Shown piece after piece: positions 10,104-19,068 of a stretch of 25,275 nucleotides of DNA (its first letter is position 1; every line of letters starts with the position of its first letter). The DNA comes from Planctomycetia bacterium (lineage in GTDB: Bacteria > Planctomycetota > Planctomycetia > Pirellulales > S012-138), in assembly GCA_041497795.1 (NCBI GenBank), contig JBGQHD010000001.1, positions 1 through 25,275 of the forward strand, given 5' to 3'. The notes under the pieces were generated by a model, which did no database searches, had not been told where the DNA came from, and was given only the letters and a program-made list of their open reading frames with translations. The position numbers and the translations under genes are program-made.

Positions 10104-11198
10104 ATGAAATACCTGGACGAATATCGCGACCCTGTCGCTGCACGCCGTCTGTTGGCGGAAATCCGCCGCCAGGCGACCCGCCCGTGGACGCTGATGGAGG
10201 TCTGCGGCGGGCAAACGCACAGCCTGCTTCGATACGGAATCGAAGTCGATCTGGAGGACGCGATCGAGTTGATCCACGGACCCGGTTGCCCGGTGTGCGT
10301 GACGCCGCTGGAGGCCGTGGACCTGGCCCAACAGTTGGCCCTCCGCGGCGACGTCGTGCTGGCCAGTTTCGGCGACATGTTGCGAGTACCGGGCAGCCGG
10401 CGAACCTTGCTGGACGTGCAGACGGAAGGCGGCCGCGTGCGGGCGGTGTATTCGCCGTTGGACGCGCTGGCCTGGGCGCAGCGCCATCCCAGCGAGCAGG
10501 TCGTGTTCTTCGCCGTGGGCTTTGAAACCACGGCCCCGGCGACGGCGTTGGCCGTGAAGCAGGCCGCCCACGAAGGCGTCGAGAATTTCAGCTTGCTCGT
10601 GGCTCACGTGCGCGTGTTGCCGGCGATGGAAGCGATCGTTCGATCGCCGGAGAATCGGGTCCAGGGTTTTCTGGCCGCCGGCCATGTCTGCACGGTCATG
10701 GGCTATGAGGCGTACGAGCCGTTTGTCGGAGCTTTCGGGCTGCCGGTCGTCGTGACTGGCTTTGAGCCGCTGGATCTGCTGGAGGGAATCCTGGCCTGCG
10801 TCCGCCAACTGGAACGCGGCGAACAGCGCGTGGAAAACCAGTACGCTCGCAGCGTGCGGCGCGAGGGCAATCCCGAGGCCAGGGACCTGGTCGAGGAGAT
10901 CTATCAGGTCTGCGATCGGCCGTGGCGTGGGCTGGGCGTGATCCCCCAAGGCGGCTTGGAACTGCGTCCAGCCTGGCAGCGGTTTGATGCCCAGCGGCGT
11001 TTTGCTTTGGAGCCGCTCCCCATCGTTGAGTCTGCCGTCTGCCGCAGCGCGGACGTGCTGGCCGGGCGAATGAAACCGCCGCAGTGCGAGAGCTTCGGCA
11101 CGCGCTGCACGCCGGACTCGCCGTTAGGAGCGCCGATGGTTTCTTCGGAGGGTGCCTGCGCCGCTTATTTCCGCTATCGGCTCGTGCCCACGGGATGA
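10104..11198 (+). CDS. hypD: Hydrogenase maturation protein HypD
   Basis: [34 protein letters not shown]-terminal C...C...[19 protein letters not shown] 10098 is an alternative start. Confidence 0.96.
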   Translation: MKYLDEYRDPVAARRLLAEIRRQATRPWTLMEVCGGQTHSLLRYGIEVDLEDAIELIHGPGCPVCVTPLEAVDLAQQLALRGDVVLASFGDMLRVPGSRRTLLDVQTEGGRVRAVYSPLDALAWAQRHPSEQVVFFAVGFETTAPATALAVKQAAHEGVENFSLLVAHVRVLPAMEAIVRSPENRVQGFLAAGHVCTVMGYEAYEPFVGAFGLPVVVTGFEPLDLLEGILACVRQLERGEQRVENQYARSVRREGNPEARDLVEEIYQVCDRPWRGLGVIPQGGLELRPAWQRFDAQRRFALEPLPIVESAVCRSADVLAGRMKPPQCESFGTRCTPDSPLGAPMVSSEGACAAYFRYRLVPTG

Positions 11199-12313
11199 AA
11201 TCGAGGGTCCCTCGAGAGCTGGATGTGCGCATGGAACCGTCAAACACTTTACTCGCCGCGTCTCTGCCGGCCTGGCAACGCTCGTGCCCTGTACCGATTC
11301 CGCCGCACGACGGCCGCATCACGCTGGCTCACGGAGACGGCGGACGTCTCTCGCGCCAACTGTTGCGAGACTTGATTCTACCGGCGCTCGGAAACGAGCA
11401 CCTCGCGGCCCTCGACGACGCGGCGCGGCTGCCGCGGATCGAGGGCCGCCTGGCCTTCACGACCGACAGCTTTGTGGTTTCGCCGCTGTTCTTCCCCGGC
11501 GGCGACATCGGTTCGCTGGCCGTCTTCGGCACGGTCAACGACCTGGCGGTCAACGGGGCCCGTCCGCGCTGGCTGACGCTGTCGTTGATCCTCGAAGAGG
11601 GCCTGCCGCGGGCCGTCCTCCGCTGCGTGCTGCAAAGCGTCGCGCGGGCCGCCCGTCAGGCCGAGGTGCAAGTGGTCGCCGGGGATACCAAAGTGGTTCC
11701 TCGCGGCGCGGCCGACGGTCTGTTCATCAACACGGCCGGAATCGGCGAACTGATCGAACCTTTTCCGCCGGGGCCAGCGCACTTGCAAGTGGGGGACGAG
11801 CTGATCGTCAGCGGCCCGATCGGTCGGCATGGGATCGCCGTATTGGCGGCGCGAGAAGATCTGGCCGTGGACCCGCCGAAGAGCGACGCAGCTCCCTTGC
11901 TGCCGGCCGTCGAATCGCTGCGCCGCGCCCTGGGGGGCCGGGTGCGGGCCATGCGCGACGCCACCCGCGGCGGGGTCGCGGCCGTATTGCACGAATGGTC
12001 CGCCGCTTGCGGCCATACGCTGAGCGTGCTCGAGCCTAGCATACCGGTTCCGCCAGAGGTCCGTGGCGCTTGCGAGTTGTTGGGGCTCGACCCTCTGCAC
12101 GTGGCCAACGAGGGAACCATGCTGGTGGCGGTCGAAGCCGGCGCCGGCGAGGCGGCCCTGAGCGCCTTGAAGGCCGTGCCCGGGGCCGCCGGCGCCGCAC
12201 TCATCGGCCACGTTCGTCCGCGCGGCGTGGCAGCCGTCACGGTGCGGCGCGCCTTGGGACGCGAACAGCCGCTGGACGATCCGTTGGGCGCGCCGCTGCC
12301 GCGGATTTGCTGA
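11195..12313 (+). CDS. hypE: Carbamoyl dehydratase HypE
   Basis: [50 protein letters not shown]-terminal PRIC. ATG 11195 overlaps the hypD stop; 11231 is an alternative start. Confidence 0.96.
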   Translation: MKSRVPRELDVRMEPSNTLLAASLPAWQRSCPVPIPPHDGRITLAHGDGGRLSRQLLRDLILPALGNEHLAALDDAARLPRIEGRLAFTTDSFVVSPLFFPGGDIGSLAVFGTVNDLAVNGARPRWLTLSLILEEGLPRAVLRCVLQSVARAARQAEVQVVAGDTKVVPRGAADGLFINTAGIGELIEPFPPGPAHLQVGDELIVSGPIGRHGIAVLAAREDLAVDPPKSDAAPLLPAVESLRRALGGRVRAMRDATRGGVAAVLHEWSAACGHTLSVLEPSIPVPPEVRGACELLGLDPLHVANEGTMLVAVEAGAGEAALSALKAVPGAAGAALIGHVRPRGVAAVTVRRALGREQPLDDPLGAPLPRIC

Positions 12314-12340
12314 GGCACAAGGAAGCTGAGGCACAAGGAA
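12309..12340 (+). repeat. Perfect 16-bp tandem duplication GCTGAGGCACAAGGAA x2
   Basis: Copies at 12309-12324 and 12325-12340; they span the hypE stop and the fpr RBS. Confidence 0.95.
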
Positions 12341-12345
12341 TCTGC

Positions 12346-13323
12346 ATGACCCAACCAAGCGTTACCGCGCAGGCTGGCGTCCAGCGACGGGCTGACATCG
12401 ATCATCTTCGCGCGAGCTACAACGCGCGCGTAACCGAGATCACGCGCTGTCACGACGACCTGCTGCTGCTGCGCGTTCGCCCGGACCGCGGACTTTCCCC
12501 GTTCGTGGCGGGGCAATACACGGTGCTCGGTCTCGGGTATTGGGAACCGCGCGTGCGCGGCGTGCAAGACGAGGGCATGACCGACGCAGACTATGGGAAA
12601 TTGATCAAGCGGGCCTATTCGATCTCCTGCCCGATGCTCGACGAGCACGGCCAGCTTGTGCGGGCGGCGGCACTGGCGTTCTTCGAGTTCTACATAGCAC
12701 TCGTGCGTTTCGCGGAGGCGAATCATCCGCCCGCCTTGACGCCCCGGCTGTTCGCCCTGCAACCAGGCGACGGCATCTTCTGCGGACCCCACATTCACGG
12801 CTCGTACACGCTGCGGCAGGTGCGGCGAGACCAAAACGTGGTGTTCGTGGCCACGGGAACCGGCGAGGCCCCCCACAACGCCATGCTCTCCGAGCTGCTC
12901 GTCGGCGGTCATCGCGGAAGGATCGTCTCCGTGACGTGCGTTCGCTACCGAAAGGACCTGGCCTACCTCGCCGCCCATCGACGCTTGGAAGAGCGGTTTC
13001 CCAACTACCGCTATCTGCCGCTGACCACTCGGGAGGCGGAGAACACAAACCCGGCAGCTCCCGGTTATGTGGGCAAGCGCTATCTTCAAGACTACGTCGC
13101 CGCCGGCGACCTGGAACGCGACGGCAGTTTGCAACTCGCGCCGGAATCGACGCACGTGTTCCTGTGCGGCAGTCCGGCCATGATCGGCGTTCCGCGCCAC
13201 ACGCACGACTCGCGGCTGCGATATCCGCAACCCCTCGGAATGATCGAGCTGTTGGAGCGGCGCGGTTTCCGCATCGATCAGCCCCACGAGCCAGGGAACA
13301 TTCACTTCGAGAAGTATTGGTGA
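12346..13323 (+). CDS. fpr: Ferredoxin/flavodoxin-NADP+ reductase, bacterial FPR type
   Basis: GQY, RAYSI, ATGTGEAP, VFLCGSPAMI and C-terminal EKYW (E. coli Fpr ends EHYW); AAGGA RBS 6 nt before ATG 12346. Confidence 0.88.
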   Translation: MTQPSVTAQAGVQRRADIDHLRASYNARVTEITRCHDDLLLLRVRPDRGLSPFVAGQYTVLGLGYWEPRVRGVQDEGMTDADYGKLIKRAYSISCPMLDEHGQLVRAAALAFFEFYIALVRFAEANHPPALTPRLFALQPGDGIFCGPHIHGSYTLRQVRRDQNVVFVATGTGEAPHNAMLSELLVGGHRGRIVSVTCVRYRKDLAYLAAHRRLEERFPNYRYLPLTTREAENTNPAAPGYVGKRYLQDYVAAGDLERDGSLQLAPESTHVFLCGSPAMIGVPRHTHDSRLRYPQPLGMIELLERRGFRIDQPHEPGNIHFEKYW

Positions 13324-13336
13324 CTCTTGCACGGTC

Positions 13337-14140
13337 CTACTTCTTTTTCAGTTCGGACGAGACCGGGTAAGCGGTGTCTCCCGTGGCGGCCCACTCCACG
13401 CAGCGGATGAGCAGCGTCTGAAATCCGGCGCCCTTCATCGCTTCCGCATCGTGGCCCAACGCGTTCTGCACGACTCGGCCCTTGCCGAATTGGTTCACCC
13501 ACACCATCGGCTCGTCCTTGCCGGTGTTCTTGGGGTCCTTGCTCTTGTCGGACTGGGCGGTCACCAGAGTTTCGCTGCCCGACGTGACCAACGAGTTTTG
13601 GTACAGCTCATCCCGGCCGTGCTCGAATTGCGTCAGCCCTCGCGTGATGGGGTGCTCCTTGCGGACCTCGACCGTGAAGACGTGCATCTTCCCGTGGTTT
13701 CCCTGCTTTCGCCACCCACCGGCGGTGATCTTCTCGAAATCCTGATCCCAGCCGGAGCCGCTGGTGAAGGCCGACGATGCGTGATGGTACACCACGAGTC
13801 CCACGCCGCCGTGGATGGCGTCGGCAAACGCCCGTTGGTTGTCTTCGGTCCACACGCTCTTGGGGTTATCCATCGCACCCTTCTTCGTATCCTTGTAGTT
13901 GAGCAGGAGCACGTCGTAGGTCTTCAGCTTTTCGGGGACGAGATCTACCGAGGGCGTTTCGGTCACCTCGACCTTGTGGCCGGCTCTTTCCAGGGCCTTC
14001 TTCAGAAATGGCGTCGTTTCCCGCCAGTTGTGGCCATGGTCGCCGGTGATGATGAGCACCTTGACCGACTTCGCGTCGGCAGCCAGCCCCGCGCCGCCCC
14101 ACAGCAGCATGGCGGTAAGCGTCAAAAGCAACGTCTTCAT
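13337..14140 (-). CDS. Exported ThuA-like domain protein
   Basis: Signal peptide (MKTLLLTLTAMLLWGGAGLA), KVLIITGDHGHNW, GLVVYHHA, HPIT, DELY, EPMVW...GKGRV...LGHD; GAGGAG RBS. Confidence 0.85.
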   Translation of the reverse strand: MKTLLLTLTAMLLWGGAGLAADAKSVKVLIITGDHGHNWRETTPFLKKALERAGHKVEVTETPSVDLVPEKLKTYDVLLLNYKDTKKGAMDNPKSVWTEDNQRAFADAIHGGVGLVVYHHASSAFTSGSGWDQDFEKITAGGWRKQGNHGKMHVFTVEVRKEHPITRGLTQFEHGRDELYQNSLVTSGSETLVTAQSDKSKDPKNTGKDEPMVWVNQFGKGRVVQNALGHDAEAMKGAGFQTLLIRCVEWAATGDTAYPVSSELKKK

Positions 14141-14184
14141 GTCACTTCTCCTCGCGGACGGACGAAACAGGAATACGAACCAGC

Positions 14185-14215
14185 ATTATTACACCGCCAG
14201 CAGAATATCGGTCAA
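14185..14215 (-). promoter_or_regulatory. Candidate sigma70-type promoter for the ThuA-like gene
   Basis: Minus strand TTGACC-N18-TAATAAT, about 45 nt upstream of the ATG; AT-rich patch in GC-rich DNA. Confidence 0.4.
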
Positions 14216-14343
14216 ACTCGTTACGCGATTTCACCTCTTACCGCGGTCCAGGCTCCGAGCAACCGCGTTCCAACAAGGGCGCGCCGTTCTGGGTGGACCC
14301 CAACCGCCCACGTGGAGCGACCCGCAGACGGTGTCGTTGCGGG

Positions 14344-15303
14344 CTATTTGTCGGCTTCGGGCAGAATCCTCAGCCCCTTCACGCCCAAATCCAGCCGGAA
14401 CAGCCCGCCCTTGCCGGCTTCCTTGCCCAACCCACCGGTTACGAAGAGCTGGTCCATCTTCGGCCCGCCGAAGGCCACGTTGCTGGTGGTGACGTTGCCG
14501 CCGGCGTAGCGGGCGATCAGCTCGCCCTGGGGGTTGAGCACCTGCACTTGCTTCATGCCGTAGTGGGCCACGTAGAGGTTGCCGTCGGCGTCCAGGCACA
14601 TGCCGTCGGGCTGGTTGTCGATCTGGCCGGTGGACGTGTCTTTCTTCGGCAGGTTGGCGAAGACCTTGCTCTGGCCGACTTTGCCGGGCGACGTGACGTC
14701 GTAGACCATGACGCGGTTCTGCTGGCTTTCGGCGACGTACAGCTTCTTGCCGTTGGGCGTGAGAACGATGCCGTTGGAGTAGGCGTAGCCGCTGTCCACG
14801 AGGTGCGTCTTGCCGGATTTATCGACGTAGTGAACCGTGCCGGTGGGGTCCTTGATGCCGCTCTCGCCCGGGTCGGTGAAGTAGAAGCCGCCGTTCGCCG
14901 TATCCAGGCACAAGTCGTTGGGCCCGCGGAGCGGCTTGCCGTCGCACTCCTTCGAGGCCGGCTCGAGCAGCTTACCGTCGGCCGACAGGTGCAGCACGGC
15001 GTGGCGGCCGGCGTCGCACACCAAGTGGGTGCCGTCGGCCAGGATCTTGTGGCCGTTTGGGGCGCCGGTCTCCGCCCAGACGGAGTTGGTGCCGTCGAGG
15101 GCGAACTTCACGATCACCTTGCCGTGCGAAATGTAGCCGTTGCCGTGGTGGTCGAAGACGACCCCCTCGCAGTAGTTATCGACGGTGAAAAGCTGCGTCG
15201 GCTTGGTCTTCGCCGGGTCGGGCAGATCGGCGGCGACAGCCGGCCCGGCCGCGAGGACCAAAATCGTTAGGAAAGCCGCGAATCGGGGAAGGCGAGACGT
15301 CAT
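14344..15303 (-). CDS. Exported SMP-30/gluconolactonase/LRE-family beta-propeller
   Basis: CEG, GPNDL, SNGI, PDGM, TSNVAFGG metal-site motifs; signal peptide from ATG 15303, which has a GGGAG RBS. Confidence 0.92.
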   Translation of the reverse strand: MTSRLPRFAAFLTILVLAAGPAVAADLPDPAKTKPTQLFTVDNYCEGVVFDHHGNGYISHGKVIVKFALDGTNSVWAETGAPNGHKILADGTHLVCDAGRHAVLHLSADGKLLEPASKECDGKPLRGPNDLCLDTANGGFYFTDPGESGIKDPTGTVHYVDKSGKTHLVDSGYAYSNGIVLTPNGKKLYVAESQQNRVMVYDVTSPGKVGQSKVFANLPKKDTSTGQIDNQPDGMCLDADGNLYVAHYGMKQVQVLNPQGELIARYAGGNVTTSNVAFGGPKMDQLFVTGGLGKEAGKGGLFRLDLGVKGLRILPEADK

Positions 15304-15362
15304 GGCGAACTCCCAGTGGTCGGATCTGACGAGCATCGGATCACGAGACGACATTTTTTGTG

Positions 15363-15425
15363 AACAGAAGGCGACGAAGGCAACGAAGCAAACGAAGGCG
15401 GGCAGCACTTCCTGGGTTGCCTTCG
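15363..15425. repeat. 9-bp tandem repeat with a partial inverted copy
   Basis: AACAGAAGG CGACGAAGG CAACGAAGC AAACGAAGG (15363-15398); TTGCCTTCG (15417-15425) complements 15375-15383. Confidence 0.65.
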
Positions 15426-15573
15426 CTAACACCGGTCGGAAACTCCTGGAAAAGTCCTCGCAACTTACCCTGCCCGGAAGGTGTTCTCAAGCCGTTTGGC
15501 CGATACAGCCGCTCCATGTTACTCCAGGGCGGCTTGCCGGAACTGCGGCAGTCGGGGGAAGTTCCGGCACACG

Positions 15574-15602
15574 TTGGAATACTTGTTCACTTCCGATAAA
15601 TT
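15574..15602 (+). promoter_or_regulatory. Candidate sigma70-type promoter for the cyanophycinase gene
   Basis: TTGGAA-N17-TAAATT in an AT-rich intergenic patch; 4/6 match at each hexamer. Confidence 0.3.
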
Positions 15603-15695
15603 GTTGGTTATGTTTGCCGCTACGTGAGTGGCCGCTGTCTGGCGGAACGGTTCGCCACACGCAGGACGCGATTCCCCTCCAAGAGAAGTCGAACC

Positions 15696-17108
15696 ATGCG
15701 AGCTGGACGGTTACGACGACCTTTTTGCTCGCAGGCGGGCCGCGCAGCGCTGCCCTTGCTGACCTTGACGCTGACCGGCTGGATCGCAGTCGCTTCGCCT
15801 GCCGACGGTCAGGTGCCCGCCGCGACGGCCGGCGCCGTGACGACGAGTGCCGCCGCAACCATCACCGCCAAAGCCGCCCAGCCGCTGGGCACCCTCGTGA
15901 TCGCTGGCGGAGCGCTCCGCTTCGACAACGAAGCCATCTGGTCGCGCATCGTCCGCAGCGCCACCGAATACGCCCGCGGCAAGACCGCGCCGATGACCGT
16001 GGCCGCCGTGCGGCCGGCGAGGGGGATGGATTTGCGGCCGAGGATCGCCGTCTTCGCCACGGCTTCGGGCGATCCGCAGCGGGCCGGCCAGCGGATCATC
16101 GACGCCTTGGAGAAATACGGGGCCGCGGGCTTCCTCGTCCCGGTGGCCATCGACAAGCTGCCGGTCGATTACCATCAAGCCGTGAACGACGCTCAGCTTG
16201 CCGCCCAGGTCGAGGCGGCCCACGGCGTCTTCTTTTGCGGCGGTTCGCAGTCCCGGCTGCTGACGGCCCTGCGCGCGGCCGACGGCAAGCCCACGCCGGT
16301 GCTCACCGCCGTCGGCAGAGTGTACGCCCGGGGCGGCGTGGTGGCCGGCACCAGCGCCGGGGCGGCGGTCATGAGCCACGTCATGTGCCGCGACGCCAAG
16401 TACCTGCTCCAGGTGCTCCGCAACGGCGTCACCAAGGGCAAGGAAGTCGATGAGGGCTTCGGCTTCCTCGATGCCAACTGGTTCGTCGATCAGCACTTCC
16501 TGGTCCGCGGGCGGATCGCGCGGGCGCTGGTCATCATGCGGCAGTTCGGCGTCCGCTACGGCCTGGGTATCGACGAAGAGACGGCGGTGGTTGTGCGCGG
16601 CGGCCAGGCCGAGGTGGTCGGCCAGCGGGGGGCCATGCTCATCGACCTGTCGCGGGCCACGCAGGACCCGAAGCTCGCCGGCTTCAACGTGTCCGACGCT
16701 CGGGTGAGCTACCTCGACGGGGGCGACTCCGTGGATCTGGCTTCCCTGCGCGTCACCCCGGCCGCCGACAAGTTGGCCGAGCAAGCGATCGACCCGGCCA
16801 GCCCGGCCTTTCACCCCACGACGAACGAGCCGATCGTGGCCAACGACATCCTGGCCAACTCCACCTTGTTCGACGTGATGAAGCGACTGATGGACAATCG
16901 GCCCCCCGACGCTTTGGGTTTGGCCTTCGACGGCAGCGCCGCCAAGACGGGGCCAACGCTGGGGTTCGAGTTCCACATCTCCCGCGCGCCGGGCACCGTC
17001 GCCTGGGCAAGCTCGAAATCGGGCGCCGAAGACTGGACCATCACCGGCATTCGACTGGACGTGCGGCCGGTGACCACCCGCTGGCCGATCGTCGGCAGCG
17101 GCAAGTAG
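15696..17108 (+). CDS. cphB: Exported cyanophycinase (peptidase S51, CphE-like)
   Basis: VIAGG, FFCGGSQSRL, nucleophile GTSAG, DQHF..RGR and GIDE motifs; hydrophobic N-terminal leader. ATG 15696 is preferred over 15624. Confidence 0.88.
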   Translation: MRAGRLRRPFCSQAGRAALPLLTLTLTGWIAVASPADGQVPAATAGAVTTSAAATITAKAAQPLGTLVIAGGALRFDNEAIWSRIVRSATEYARGKTAPMTVAAVRPARGMDLRPRIAVFATASGDPQRAGQRIIDALEKYGAAGFLVPVAIDKLPVDYHQAVNDAQLAAQVEAAHGVFFCGGSQSRLLTALRAADGKPTPVLTAVGRVYARGGVVAGTSAGAAVMSHVMCRDAKYLLQVLRNGVTKGKEVDEGFGFLDANWFVDQHFLVRGRIARALVIMRQFGVRYGLGIDEETAVVVRGGQAEVVGQRGAMLIDLSRATQDPKLAGFNVSDARVSYLDGGDSVDLASLRVTPAADKLAEQAIDPASPAFHPTTNEPIVANDILANSTLFDVMKRLMDNRPPDALGLAFDGSAAKTGPTLGFEFHISRAPGTVAWASSKSGAEDWTITGIRLDVRPVTTRWPIVGSGK

Positions 17109-17215
17109 GACGCCAGGCGCGTCGGGGTTGCCGTCGCTGCACCGCAAACTGCGGCTGAAACCGAATCGTACTTCGGTAGGCCTAAGCCTTGACCTGGGAT
17201 GTCTTGGTGCGGTCT

Positions 17216-17374
17216 CCGCTGGGCTTGTCCCAGCGGAACCACGACTGGTAGCTACCACGGGCCCCACCCGATATTCTTTTTCCCACCGCCGGAGGCGGCG
17301 GGAGAAGAAGAAAAGAAGACGGGGCGGCGCGGAGTAGCTGGCCAGTCATCGCTCCGCTGGGGCAAGCCCAGCGG
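17216..17374. repeat. Composite palindromic element: ~40-bp inverted arms around a central hairpin
   Basis: Arms 17216-17255 and 17334-17374 each contain a CCGCTGGG-N5-CCCAGCGG hairpin; central stem TCCCACCGCC-GGA-GGCGGCGGGA (17281-17303). Confidence 0.8.
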
Positions 17375-17440
17375 TGGTAAGGTTAAGAGTCAACCAAGTG
17401 CCATTTTGGTGGAGGCGGCACTACGAGCGGCGACGTCCAC

Positions 17441-18157
17441 CTACGAGTGCTGAAGGGCGACTCTCGGCCAGTAGTCGGGCAGCGGCGCCTCGCATTCGAC
17501 CGTCACCCCCTGCCTCACCGGATGCGGCACCACAAGGCGGCGGGCGTGCAGGGCGATCCCCCGAGCGAACTTACTCCGGCTGCCGTACTTCGCGTCGCCC
17601 AGAATGGGATGCCCCCGCGAGGCAAGCTGCACCCGGATCTGATGTTTGCGGCCGGTCTCCAGGTCGATCTCCAGCAGCGAGTCGCCGCCGACGGACGCGA
17701 GCAGCCGGTACGACAGATGGGCCTCGCGCGCCCCGGGCGTGCCCGCGCGGCAAACGCAGACCCGGCGGCGGGCCTCGTCCTTGACGAGCCAGTCGCGGCA
17801 CGGGCCGACTTGCGGCTCCAGCCGCCCCTCGACGAGCGCCCAGTAGGTTTTCCGGACCTCTCGCTCGCGGAATCGCTCGGCCAGCCTGGCGGCCGCCTTC
17901 GACGTGCGGGCCAGCAGCACCACGCCGCTGACGGCCGCATCCAGCCGGCTGACGACCCCCAGATAGACGTTGCCCGGCTTGGCGTACTTGCGTTTGATAT
18001 ACTCCTTGGCGGCGGCGAGCAGCGTGGGCTCGCCCGGGAACCGCCCCATGGTCGCCAGGCCGGCCGGCTTGGCCAGCGCCAGCAGGTGATTGTCCTCGTA
18101 CAGGACGTCCAAGGCTTCGCCGTGGGACATGGGAAGGGAGGTCTCGCGGAACAGCAT
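17441..18157 (-). CDS. RluA-family RNA pseudouridine synthase
   Basis: VLYEDNHLLALAKPAGL, SRLD (catalytic Asp), SGVVLLA, KTYWALV, LETGRKHQIRV, PILGDAKYG, LHA. Confidence 0.93.
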   Translation of the reverse strand: MLFRETSLPMSHGEALDVLYEDNHLLALAKPAGLATMGRFPGEPTLLAAAKEYIKRKYAKPGNVYLGVVSRLDAAVSGVVLLARTSKAAARLAERFREREVRKTYWALVEGRLEPQVGPCRDWLVKDEARRRVCVCRAGTPGAREAHLSYRLLASVGGDSLLEIDLETGRKHQIRVQLASRGHPILGDAKYGSRSKFARGIALHARRLVVPHPVRQGVTVECEAPLPDYWPRVALQHS

Positions 18158-18222
18158 GGGTAACTATCCTAACCCAGCGGCGAGCAGCCCGCAGTCCCGG
18201 ATCATTTGAGGCCAGACGTTCC

Positions 18223-18825
18223 ATGATGCGGAGCTCTTCGCAGCCGCAGTTGATCTTGGCCAGCGCGTCGCCTCGGCGGCGCGAGCTGCTCGCCGAAGCC
18301 GGGTTCATTTTCGACGTCCGGCCGCCCTCGCCCGAAGCGGAAGGATCCGCCCACCCGGGAGAACCCGCGGCCGATCTCGTGCTGCGCCTGGCAGTACAGA
18401 AGGCGCGCGACGTAGCGCAGCGTGCCTCGGCGGGCGACCGGGGCAAACTGATCGTGGCCTGCGACACGGTGGCCGCGTGCGACGGCGAGATTCTGGGCAA
18501 GCCGACGGACGAGGCCGACGCCCGGGCCATGCTGCGGCTGCTCAGCGGGCGCACGCACGAGGTCTACAGCGGCCTGTGTCTCTACCCGCTCGACGGCCGG
18601 GCGGCCGACGTGCGGCTGGCGCGCACTACGCTGCTGATGGACCCCCTCAGCGACCACGACATCGACGACTACCTCGCCGGCGGCGGCTGGCAAGGGAAGG
18701 CCGGCGGCTTCGGCTACCAGGACCGCTTGGGATGGATTCATATCCTCGAGGGAAGCGAGTCGAACGTCGTGGGACTCCCGATCGAGCTGCTGGGGGAAAT
18801 GCTCGGCTCGATAATGCTCGGTTGA
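18223..18825 (+). CDS. maf: Maf-family nucleoside triphosphate pyrophosphatase
   Basis: LILASASPRRRELL, A..KA, DTV, ILGKP, LSGRTHEV, GKAGG, NVVGLP. Confidence 0.93.
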   Translation: MMRSSSQPQLILASASPRRRELLAEAGFIFDVRPPSPEAEGSAHPGEPAADLVLRLAVQKARDVAQRASAGDRGKLIVACDTVAACDGEILGKPTDEADARAMLRLLSGRTHEVYSGLCLYPLDGRAADVRLARTTLLMDPLSDHDIDDYLAGGGWQGKAGGFGYQDRLGWIHILEGSESNVVGLPIELLGEMLGSIMLG

Positions 18826-18889
18826 TAATGCTCCGTTCGATGCGGCTCGGCTAGCAGTCTGTCTCGCTCGGATCGAGAGGCGGCAAGCC

Positions 18890-18943
18890 GTAGCCGGACT
18901 CGCCCGAGTTCAGCTACTTCCGAAGTCTGGCGACTTCGGCTAC
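18890..18943. repeat. Class B GTAG REP-like cluster, second locus
   Basis: 18920-18943 is the exact reverse complement of 4384-4407 (24/24). 18890-18917 (GTAGCCGGACTCGCCCGAGTTCAGCTAC) is a degenerate variant with GTAG at both ends. Confidence 0.9.
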
Positions 18944-18999
18944 AGAAGCAGGTGACAAGCCGATCAATCAGCTCGCGTGCCCTGCGCCGCCTACGCAAC

Positions 19000-19032
19000 A
19001 AAAAACCCCAGCCTTCGCAGAGAAGGCTGGGG
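19000..19032 (-). terminator. Rho-independent terminator of the large vWA gene
   Basis: Minus strand CCCCAGCCTTC-TCTGC-GAAGGCTGGGG (11-bp stem) followed by TTTTTT, 36 nt after the stop. Confidence 0.88.
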
Positions 19033-19068
19033 AAGAAGCGTAAAACCAACACTTGGTTGGGCCAAGAT

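Noticed and set aside
17109-17260. tRNA in the hairpin-rich spacer
   Set aside because: No cloverleaf geometry, T-loop GTTCRA motif or acceptor stem could be built.
17274-17315. Bidirectional intrinsic terminator between cyanophycinase and RluA genes
   Set aside because: On both strands the stem is followed by A-rich, not U-rich, sequence; kept only as part of the composite repeat.
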